Under the pieces are notes generated by a model. That model was not told the origin of the DNA. It saw only the letters and a program-made list of their open reading frames with translations, and made no database searches. From the IMG/VR virus record IMGVR_UViG_3300026549_000064, positions 1-64,000 of that record: a stretch of DNA of 64,000 nt. One strand, given 5' to 3'. Below are positions 45,420-57,400 of this stretch, piece by piece. This stretch comes from a virus (Duplodnaviria > Caudoviricetes). The position numbers and the translations under genes were made by a program. Numbering within the stretch: the stretch's first letter is position 1; every line of letters starts with the position of its first letter.

Positions 45420-48400
45420 TTATATTCTCTTAGCTGTAGTTAGCGGAAACGAAGTAGTTATCGTTCTCCTTGTTTCTGTATTTTTTGATGTTTGAGCGGC
45501 TGGAGCATTGTTATTATTTTGTAATAACTGTGACAGCTGTTCACTCATAGCAGCAAATCCTTCTTTCATCGCGTTAACGATAACGTCTGCCAGATTTTCA
45601 GTTTTGTTGTGAACTGTAGGCTGGCTGACTGTTTCGTTACCACTCTTAGTTTCTGTAGGTTTAATAGATTTACAAATATCAGTAACTGAATTCTTAATTG
45701 CTTCAAGTATAGTACTCTGGTAATTGAGAGCCGCTAAGGTATTTGCACTTCCATTGTTTATTTCCGAGACACCGTTAGCTACGCTATTGGTAGTTATTTT
45801 CGGAGCATTAGTAGTAGCAGATTCAAGCTGTCGAGATGCTTGTTCAGTCGTAACTATTGCTTCAGTATCAGCAGTGCTTGCTGCAGATCTATCGGCTAAT
45901 AATTTTCGAGTTTCATTTCTATAACTATCAGGATATACGATACCTGACGTTGTTCCGTTTCTTCCAAGTATATTACCTATAACTCGAGCTATTTTTGATC
46001 CATATACAGAACGTATAGCATTAGTTACGAGTTTATTGAATCTTCCACCACCCTTGTGAGGTAGTACAGTTTCCGCTCCAGCTTCACCAATAGTTATATT
46101 GTCGAGATTGGTCTCAGCATCAACTACGCCACCACGTTGCAGTGCAAAAATACCACCATTAGCCATTTTTTTATGACCGTTAGTTTTATCTTTTGCTTGT
46201 GAAGTAGCGGCAGCGTTAGAGTCAGCTCCGCCGTTTAGTGCTAAGACTATTTTGGTTCTTTCTTCAGGTGTTACTGCGCCAGCCTTTTCGAATGCGAGAG
46301 ATGAGTCCAGTTCCTCTTGAATATATTGCGGCCATTCAGCTAATAGTTCTTTGGTATCTTTGGCAGTATCTAGAACATTTTTGGTGGCTGGATGATTTGG
46401 ATATTTTTCCAGTACTTTGATACAAAGATCAAGAGTTTCTAAAGCTTTATTGCTATATTTAAGATTCTGTTTATATTCAGCTGGTTTACGAGCACCGTAT
46501 ATTGGGTTGAGCTCATCGCTAAGTGATTTTATTTTCACACTGCAATCTTCACCCTTAATTTGCGGATATGGCCTAAATAGCTGGAGTTCATCAACTGTTG
46601 CTTCTAGGGCAGACACTACCTGTTCGATATTCTGCTGATCTTCTGCAGTGTATTCTTTATTCTGAGGTTGCATAACTCCAGATACAGATCCATTCGAAGA
46701 AGCAGTATCTGTTTGCTTAGCTTGTACAACTTCATCAGCTGAAGTATTTGAACCTGCGGCTAATTTAGTTGTTGATGAGAATCCGCCTGAGGTTATTCCA
46801 GGGACAGCTGAAGCTACGCTTGTCGGTTTTTGATCTTTAAGCTGCATAACTCCAGATACAGATCCATTCGAAGAAGCAGTATCTGTTTGCTTAGCTTGTA
46901 CAACTTCATCAGCTGAAGTATCTTTCTTATTATCAGTCTTGTCTTTAGCTTGTGAAGTAGTGACAGCATTAGAGTCAGCTCCACCGTTTTCGATATTCTG
47001 CTGATCTTCTGCAGTGTATTCTTTATTCTGAGGTTGCATAACTCCAGATACAGATCCATTCGAAGAAGCAGTATCTGTTTGCTTAGCTTGTACAACTTCA
47101 TCAGCTGAAGTATCTTTCTTATTATCAGTTTTATCTTTTGCTTGCTCAGCTTCTTTAAGTGCGTCAGGATCAGTCTTAGGTAACTCCTTTACCTCTTTCT
47201 TACCTTCTGCTATTTTTCTAATTTCATTAGCTTTAGAGCTTAGTTTGGCAGCATCTTTTTCTACATCAAGATCTTTAAGCTGCATAACTCCAGATACAGA
47301 TCCATTCGAAGAAGCAGTATCAGTTTGCTTAACCTGTATGGCTTTATCTACGGACGTACCAGAAGCTGTAGCTGAGCCTGCTGTTAGTGAATTTCCTGAA
47401 GTTATTCCAAGAGCTGCACCGGCTACACTTGTCGGTTTCTCATTGCTAGGCTGCGCAACTCCGGATACAGATCCATTGGAAGAAGCAGTGCTTGCCTGTT
47501 TAGCTTGTACGACTTCATCTATGGAAGTATCTTTCTTATTGTCGGTTTTATCTTGAGCTTGCTCGGCTTCTTTAACCGCTGCAGGATCGGTCTTAGGTAA
47601 TTCCTTTACCTCTTTCTTACCTTCTTCTACTGTTTTTTCTGCACCAGACTCTGACATAAGTGCTGAAATATCAGGAAGCTTACCGGGTTGCAGCTCGAAA
47701 TGCTGCGCTTCATTGAGTTTACCAGGCCTATACTTTCTGATAACACCAAGTGCCTTAAGATACGGCTCTAATTCATCAACAACAGTACCACGATCATAAG
47801 CTCTGTTCTTTATACCTCCGAAATTAGCATCGCCTAAATCTACAGCTATACCGGTTTCGTGCCTCGAGGTTCCAGGACGCGCAGCATCATTCGGATACTT
47901 CCGTTTGATGGCAGCTTGATCTGCGTAACTTCTGAATGCTGAGGTTATAGTCCACTGCTTAGCGTTCTTTCCTTTAGCATTTTCATACAGTTTACCAGCT
48001 AGATATAAACGTTTGATAAGTTCCGGATTGAGATGTGCTACGGAAATCCAGTTGCCACCGCCATATGACGTACTGGCACCTTTCATTGTACGTAAACTTC
48101 TGAGTTTAGCTAGAGCATCGAGACCATCCTTAGGTATTTCATCTGATGAAAGATGGAGATTTTCTGGTTTAAGTATTCCTTGGCCGTGAACATCTAAGAC
48201 AGTATTTCTAGAACTGTGTCCGCTGTAACTTGATGTACCTCCCGAAGTCAGATCAAGAGCAGCACCTGCTACACTTTGAATGCCGGAATCACTTCTGTCA
48301 GAACTAAATAGTTGATTAGATGATTCTTTTCCTGCGGCGCCTTCATTTTCAACGCTGTTTTTACCAACTTCTTTGTTTTGCGCAAGGGCTGCTTCAGTAT

Positions 48401-51400
48401 CTACCTTATTTACTTTACCTTTACCGAAAGTTTCGTACCATACGACAGCGTTTTGTGTACGATGCTGTATCTCTATTTGTCTTCTACTAGGATCAGGCCT
48501 CTCGAAATTCAGTAGAATAATTATAGCTGCATTTGTCGGACTCTGACAAGATTTAAGCTTACCAAGCGGATAAGTCATAAGACCATCGTCAAATTCCTTG
48601 CAGAGGTATTCTATCTGAACATCAGTATCACCTATCGATTTACCTTTACTGTGTGCAAAATCCCACAGTGCTTGCTTTCTAGACCAGTAAGTCCATTGAG
48701 CTAAACCGTAGCCACGTTGACTATCGATAAATGCTTGCCTATTGGCATCTTTCTCTTTGGTGTACCGTAGACTTTCCTGGCGATTTGGCTGTAGGTCGCC
48801 TTGAACACGTACGCACTCAATACCCGATTCCTGTTGAAGATTACCGAGCAATCCTGCAACCGCTGCTTCAGACCAGCCACGAGCTGTGAAGTATTTCCAA
48901 ATCTTAGCTGCTAGTTTACGTCTGTCGGCATCGTTAACGATAGCTTTAGCAGTTGCCGCATATTTACGATAAGTTTCGTTAGGATCTTCTCTACCAGTTA
49001 TTCTCTCATAAGTGTGAACAACTGTATCGGTGAAATTACCTTTGGTTGCACCCTTACCGGATTTCCGTGTGCCAGCTGCTCTTCCAAGAACTAAGTCGGC
49101 ATGACTAGGATTATAAGTAGCACCGCCTTCAGCATTTTCTTCTTCAGCATTATCGTTTTCTTCATCTAGAGGTTTCGGGAAGAAACGTTTGTATAGATTA
49201 AGTAAAATTAACTCTGTAGGAGTTAACTCGACGTCGCCTAATCCATATTTATCTAATCCTTTCCGCAGAAGTGCTCTAGTTGCTTTTCTGCCATTAAGTA
49301 TTTCATTTACAACACCAGCTGTCTTCGATCCGTATACAGAACGTATAGCGTTAGTTACAAGTTTATTGAATCTTCCGCCACCTTTGTGAGGCAGTACAGT
49401 TTCCGTTCCGGCTTCGCCAATAGTGATATTGTCAAGGTTAGTTTCGGCATTAACTACTCCGCCTCTTCCTACAGAGAAAACACCGCCGTTGGCCATCTTC
49501 TTGTGATCGCTAGTATCTGATTTCTCAGTATCTTCTATTCCCTTTTCTTTCTTGTAGACGAACCAGCTATTCATCGCGTCGCTTATAGGCAGATCATGTG
49601 CTTTAGCGTACTCGAAGATCTTGTCCATCTCTTTCTTATAGGCTTCTATTATATCAGGCGAAAGTTGTTTACGTGTTTCTTCGTTAGCGTATAATCTTCC
49701 AAAATATGAAAGAGCTTTTACTGAAGTTGACATATCTTTAGGATCTTCGTCATATTTAGATCCATTTTTCTTAGGCTTTGATCCGCCAGCACCGCCTTCA
49801 GCTTCTTTGGATGTATTTTTAGTCTCTTCAGCTTCTTCTGGCTTGTAACCAGCAGTTCCTTTCTTACTATAAACAGCGTGCCCTTTACTAGCGCGATTGT
49901 TAACTTTGTCTTCTTTAGCGTGGAATTTGTTGTATTCTTCTATAATTTTATCCACAGGTACAGCAAATGACCCAGCGCCTAAGTTAAAATCACGAAGATA
50001 TGTACGTGTAGCTTTAGCGCTCATCTTTTCAGATCTTGTTAAAAAGATAGTAAGCGCACCGAGTCGTTTAGCTTCTGGTATCTTTTCTGGATCAGGAAGT
50101 TTGTTTGTACTTTCATTGGCTATACTGTTAACACAAGTGGTGTAGAACGAGAATATAGGGTTAACAACATAAGCAACCCATTCTTTAACGATGTTATACC
50201 AGGTTTCTAATATATCTTTGAGCTCAAGTAAACGTTCCTGGTCTTTATCCATTTTTTCAACACGTTGCCCAAAACTGTTGTGATGAGCTGCGTGATCAAG
50301 ACGGGTACTAAGAAAAGAAATAGTGTAATCGCCAGGCCTTCTAACGTTATAGATAGCTGGATTCAAATAAGCTAAACGATCGTTTGTATGTTCTAATAGA
50401 TCATATATTTCGAGAGCGTAAGGATTTCCTGTTGTAAAGAATAGCATAACAGCTATTTTACTTATGTTATCCTCAAGCGAATCGCTGGTATGCTTTATCT
50501 GATATTCTAGTAAACTTTCTTCTAGATTCTTATTGTTAAAACCATCGCCTGGTTTGAGGCCAAATGCATTACAGAAATTAGCCAGCCATATTCCATTTTC
50601 TTTATCTTGAAAATTTGCATTCAGATATGCATTTGGAATGTTTCCGAGCAGATTTGAATATGCTTTTAGTCTAGCTAGCATGAATTTCTTTGTTATACTT
50701 GTTCCACCCAGTATAATAGATCTCCACTTTTCGGGTACTTTTTTGTCTTTATTATTAACACCTAAATATGCAGCTAGTGTATCAGAATCAGGCGCGTTGT
50801 TTAGTACAATAAGATCTTGACTAAGTTGATCAGCTGCTTTGTAAACAGCATTGATTACGCCTTTATCAGTATCTTTTTCATCAGAATCTGCTAACGGATT
50901 TATCTTCGATTTAAGTATTTCTTTAGTTTGCTTATTTTCGGTTGCTATAGCGGCTGCTGCAGCAGTGCCGTTAGGCGTAGCTACTTTGAGATTGCCGGCT
51001 GCTAATTGCTTAGCATATTCTTCCGATTCTTTAATGAAAAGATCCAGTCCTTTATCGCTTAGTTCGTATTTACTATATTTCTTAGAAACTTTAGATGCGA
51101 GCTCTTTGAAGGTTTTCATCGCATCTTCTCGATGCTCTTCTCTGATATCGTCAGGATTGAGTTTATTTAAGCCGATTAGATTTAGCAATCCATCATCTGC
51201 AACTCTTCCAGTATACATGTTGATTGTGGACACGTACTGAGAAAAGATCGGTATGAATACTTTCTCTATCCAAAAATTAAGATACTTTTTAGCATATTCG
51301 TTGCGTTTATCAGCAGCCTCTTTGTTACCGCCGTGCTTTTCATCGTATTCTTTTTGACGGTTTTCTTGATTCCGTATTTCTGCTAGAAGAGCACCGGCGC

Positions 51401-54400
51401 CTCCTCCTATGCTGTAAGTCCCATGTTTGTTCGCATAATTATTTGCTTTAGTCAGCGCGGCATCCATTGAACGTTCGGTGGGCCTAAGTAGCCCCATGGC
51501 AACGCCGAATTCTGTGATAGCATACTCAGATAAGTGTTTGCCTTCTTCGATTTGTTTGAGACCTTCGTTCTCGAGATTTTCGATAGCTAATCTTCTTGCT
51601 TTTTGTTTTTCTCCAGTGCCGAGAACATCTGGAATATGGTAAAACTTAAATCTTACTTCTTCCCACATAACTTTTTCGGTAGAACCGCCATCGAACCATC
51701 CGGTAAGAAGGTGACTTAACGAATCGGCCATGTCGGATATAGCTTTAGCAGCACCTTTAGCAAATTTCCTGAGGCCTCGTCCGAATGAAACTGCAGAGCC
51801 TTTGACATCTCCATCCCAGAGTTTCTTCCAAGAATCTCCAAATTCGTGGCCTACACCTCTAAAATCATCGGTGAGTTTTTCGCTAAGTGACTTAGTACGC
51901 TTATACGTAGTGGCACGGTCTATCGCCGATTTATCTATAGCCATAAACCATTTAGCGTATCCATCTACTGTAGGTATAAGATCAAATAACTTAAACTTTT
52001 TCTTATATTTAGCTGCTCCGGATTTGAACTGTTCAATCGTCTGAGATCTTAAATCACCCGGAACATCGTTGATGTGAGGTTTATCTCCAACGTTGGTTTT
52101 TGTTATAACACGCATTGCCTTTAAGTAGGACTTAAAGATCGGCATAAAGATCTTGCCCCACCAAGTTGCAACGTAATCTACCCTAGCATCTAGTGCTTCG
52201 GTTAGATCTCCGCCGAAATCTTTTATATGCTTTTGCATATCTTTTGTGGAGATTAGATCATCTGCTAATTCTTTTAGTTCGTCACGATCAAGATCAGGAC
52301 GTGCCTGATCGATGATAGGCATTGCTTTATCTTCGAGTGAAGTTATACGATCTAAGTCGTCTTCGGCTGCGAACATACCTCTCACGGCATGTGCTGCTAA
52401 TAGAGTTGCAGCGAGCGGTGCTGCAGCGTGCGGTATTAACGCAGCTGCTCCGATTGCGGCGCCAGTTGCTGTTTTTGTTAATGCATCAGTCTGTTTCACG
52501 CCGCTCTCTCTTTTCTTAAAGTTATATGCAACTAATTTAGCTTCGCGCCATGCGTGATCATATGCGTTTTCATCTGTGTTGGCTAAATCACCAGCTGTAT
52601 CTATAACGAATTTTGCGGCACCAGTCAAAGCTTGGGTGATGCCTTTAAGTCCAGCCCATAGGCCGTTGAGTACATTACCGTGCTTGATTTCATTCCAAGC
52701 ATAACTAAAGGTTTTACCAGAACGACCTAAATATTTGGATGCTTTGTTACCAAATTCTTTATTTTCTTTACGATGTCTTTCTTTGTCCTGGAAATCTTTG
52801 TGTGTTAATTTTTCACGTAGCCATTTAGCAAAACATTTCTTATTCGGAGCAAGATCCTTTAACACGCCGGTTGCATATTTAGCCAGTTTTCTATCAAGGA
52901 AAGTTTTGACAGCTTCAATGTTGTTTTGATCAACATCATCAGCTTTAGGCTGTTTACTGCCGTCGTTCTTAGTTACTTGGCAGAGAACTGTTACGTAGTC
53001 TCTATATGCCGGAAGGAAACGTGCTTTGTACCATTTCTTAAGATATTCTGTCTTATTCTCTTCATCCGAATCGCCTTCGGTATCGTAAAGACCTCCGGCT
53101 TCAGCTCCGCCAATAAAATCTATCTTTTCACCGAATTGCTCAAGACGTTTGTCGTCGACACCTTCCTGTTGATTCTTCCACGCTTCGTAAGTATCTGTTT
53201 CGAGATCTTCAAATGCTTCCCAGTTTTTAACGGTTAAACCATAAGCTTTAGCTCTAGGTATACGGAGTAGTTTAGTAGCTGCGCTGTCGGTTGCCCAGTT
53301 ATATACCTGGTAACCAATAGTACCTAGAGTAAGTGCCCAGCCTATAGGGCCGCCTAATATTCCAGCAGCTATTCTTCCGGTTAAACCGAGAAGTCCGCCG
53401 CCGAGTCTTAAAGCCATTCCGGCTGTGCCTAGTAAGGCTTTGCCGCCAAGACCTAAGATAGATCCAGCGGCTCTGCCTGCTAAGCCCAAGCCTTTCATTC
53501 CCAGTCCGCCTACAGTACGTGCGGCGCCTAGTACTCCTCGGCCAGCTGCGTGTCTTAGACGCATGCGGGCTAAACGAGCTTTGGCTTTAGCTCTTCTAGC
53601 GGCTTTACTGTTCTTGACTCGTTCTCTTACGTTATTAGCTCTGTTTCTTATACCTTCCTTAACTGAACCAGCTGCTCCGCTGAGTTTATCACTGACTGCT
53701 CCACCGAGAGCTTGTCCGCCGAATATTGCGCCTAGAGTGCTCCAGAATCCACCACCTTCGCTATCACCGGCTGAGTTATTCTCATCGGCTGCTTCAGCAG
53801 CAGCTCCTGCTGCACCGTTAGGCTCTCCATCTTCGGCCATCTTCTTTTTATCTTCTTCTTGCTTCTTCTTATTTGCTTCTCTTCTCTCTTTTACTTCTTT
53901 CTTATGCTCTTCTCTACGTTTCTTATAGTCGTAATACGACCCGTCTCTTAGGCCATTGCCATCATTGTCGCCGTTAACTTTTCCAGCCGGTAACCGTTCA
54001 TAGAGTAATCCATAAATGTCTAACAATCTATCGCCAACTATTTCAGATAGATCTTTTCTGGATATGCCTATACCAGTAAATGCAGTGACTACTGATGTAA
54101 ACGCTGAGGTGATGAAATTGCCTACGGCAGTTCCACCTTCACCTAGCAGTTTCAAACCGCCACTAAAGAGATCTACAGCTTTCCCAGCTGCAGTTTTAAG
54201 TAAACGCCCAGCGCCTTTTGCAAGTTTGATAGCACTCCTGCTTATCGCACCAAGTACTTTCATAGACGCGACGCCTACTTTACCAATTACTGAGGCTCCT
54301 CTAAATCTGGTTAACCTATTACCATCTACGTCATACACGCCCGCTTCGAGATCGTCACTATCGATGATGACCTTGTAACCCGAGTCAGTATTTTCGTAGA

Positions 54401-57400
54401 TCTCGTGTTCTATTAAGTATGCTGATGTAAGCGGCACCCATTTGCCGTTCTTCTTGTAAACATATTTTCTAGTTGATTTGTTATTCTCTAAGTCTTTACC
54501 AGCTATTACTCTCTTAAGATCTTTTGTGTTCTTATCAATAATGTAAACATCTATAAACGGATCTTTCTTTTCCCATAAAAACCTACTGTGTTCCTTAAGG
54601 AATTTTCCAGCATCAGCTATTTTACCAGGAATATTGAACGTAATGTTACTAATTATAGTGCCAGCTCTACGAGCTTTAGCAGCGAATCTGGACAAAAATG
54701 TAGACTTGATAGGCGTACCGTCAGCAAATATAAGTCCATCTCCTTCAGCGATATCTTCTGTAGAGATAACCATATTGCCGACAGCTTCTTTATCTTTATC
54801 CCAGAGATAGCAAGGGCCTTTGATATCGTAAACTGTAGGTACTTTGTTTCCTTTGACGTCTACTACTAAGCCGTCACGGAATGCTTCACCAGATACCAAC
54901 GGTTTAGACTTATCTTTTTGACGAGAACTATAAACGTCGTCATAAGCTCTTGATAAACCAGAGTATGTCTGTGAAACTCCGCCGGTTACTTTGTCGGTTA
55001 CAGTAGTCGCAAGATTTTTAAGTTTCTCTATCGGTTTAATTTCTTTGATATAGTCTCTGACGCTATCGATGATATCGCCACCGATCTTCAGAGCGCTGTG
55101 CCCTGCACCGCCGAGCTTAGAACCTAGCCAACTAAGTTTCTCTCCATTTTTATCTAGTAATTCTTTTCCGGTAGCAGCTGTGTAGACAGCACTCATGCCT
55201 AGTTTGACAGCTTCAGACAATCCGAGAGCGGTTGCTTTAACGGCGGCTACGACAGGATCGATGAAGATAGTCTTAAATTTCTCAGGCAATACATCGTCAA
55301 GTGATATCTTGTCAATGATTACCTTTCTATCTTTAACACTATCTTTAATTACACTAACATTCTTAGATATAGTTTCTAGTAATCCAGTTACTCTACCGCC
55401 ATATTTAGAATCAGAGTGGTTGTTAACAGTAGTGTTGACTGCCGACGATCTTGACTCGTTAATGTTTGTTGTATTGTAGTATTTTTCAAGCTGCTTAGAA
55501 AAAGTATCGACAAATGTCCGATTATTTTCTTTAAGAATATTAGAGACGATTGATTGAACGTTAGCTGAATCGAAAGCACTTTCCTGCCTAGCTCTATTGT
55601 TTTTGTCAGTAGCCGATTTTTTATGCGCAACAGTATCAATTAGTCTGCTGATGCCGCTTTGGATATCGAGCAGAGTACGGTTTCTAGTCTGAGCAAGACG
55701 TACAAGATTACTAACCAGTTTACGGTTATCGTAAGTCGTTATACGAGCATTTATAGTACCGCCTGCAGAAGAATTAGGCTCAGCTGTATTAGGGCTAAAT
55801 GTAACCCCATCTGAAGACGATTCTTGTGCATTAGTATTTTTCGGTTTGGAATCTATGGAAGTATCTAGCGAAGATTGAGCTTTGCGTATAAGATCGATAG
55901 ATTCTTGGCTTGCACCTGCTTCGAAATCAGCGTGAACAGCATCGGCTGCAGCCTGATCGTTGCCAGAAGCTTTAGCGTTGAGCTCTTTTGCATAAGCTTC
56001 GCTGACTTTAATTGAATCTAATTCATCGGGGTGGGCTTGGAAATATCTAAGCCATTTTCTTGCTGTGTTTGGTAATTGATTTAAGAAACCGATAAACGAT
56101 ACGTTGTCATCGAATTTCTCAAGCAGTTTTTTCTTATTTTTTACAGACGCTAGCCATTTAAGAATATCTACGTCTCTGATATTCTTTTTATCACGCATAA
56201 CTCCGTTTTCTTTATCTTCAAGGAATACGCTGATATCGCCGAGCGAATCGTCAATACTTGAGAGAATACGGAGAAGGCTTTGACCTCCGAGGTTAATTAT
56301 CTTATCGTTTGCTTTGTTAGCTAAGCTTTTAATCTTATCAAAACTACCGTCTGTTAGAGCAATGACCCAGTTGAAAAGAGGGTTTCTGTACATTGCCACT
56401 AGCTTAGGTCTAAATTTAGGATCTTTAATAGCGTCTATTAGAGTTTTGCCTGGATGCTTTTCTAGGTAGTTATCAATGACCGTTTTGAAATTATTGTTTT
56501 CGTAATATGCGGTTTCTAGATCACGATCAAGTTTTTCTTGCTTTTTTAGAGTTTTCTCACGATCGTTAGATTTTTGTAATTCTTTAAGGCGGGCTCCTTC
56601 GGAAGCTAGATCTTCTTTAGTAGCGCGTAGATCTTTGATATCACGTGATCCACCGTAATTACGTTCCACCAAACGTAAAGCTTGGTTACGTTCAATATCC
56701 CAGCTTCCATAGGCGTTACGGTGTATGATACCCATTTTCTCTAATTGAGAAGCATTACCGTTTTTGATCTCGCCATAAATAACTTCTTCCAGACGGGAAT
56801 TTGCTTCAGATCTATACTTCCAGATCTGTATCCACATTAAGTCAGCTGTTTTAGTGTTGAGTACATGTTCATACGGAGTACTATTGTCGTCATCAGGCCC
56901 TTTAGGTTTTTCTAGAACACGAATAAACCACTTTACAACAGGTAATACGTTTTCGGCAGCGATACTGGTAAATGCAGCCTGGAAGAGATCATTTTTCTGG
57001 AAATCATTCTTTCCAGCTTCAATGCTACTACGAATATCCCAGAGATCGTTTAGAACATCTTGCATGAGTTCTTCACGCTCACTGTCGATATCGTAATCGC
57101 CAACAGCGATGCCAGTTAAAACTTTAGTGATATCATCTGCGTGTTTCTGAAGTTCTCCGTTAATTTCTTGATACAGTGCATCGTTTCCGTTATCGAAAAC
57201 GGAATTGATCAGCTTCTGCGTATCAAGAACTTTAACTTTCTTTTCGTACATCATCTGGCTGTCGCCGCCAGATATATCTCTGATCAGCTGTTGTCTATAA
57301 TCTACTCCGGCAACTAGTTTGCCTTGTTTATAATCCCATTCAAGCTCTGTTGCATTTTTGTCACCAGTTGCCAGCATCTCGAGATACTTAGTTTGCGTCT

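Noticed and set aside
46623-47625. Possible CRISPR array
   Set aside because: The repeats are in frame inside a CDS, irregularly spaced, have no unique equal-length spacers, and no cas genes are present
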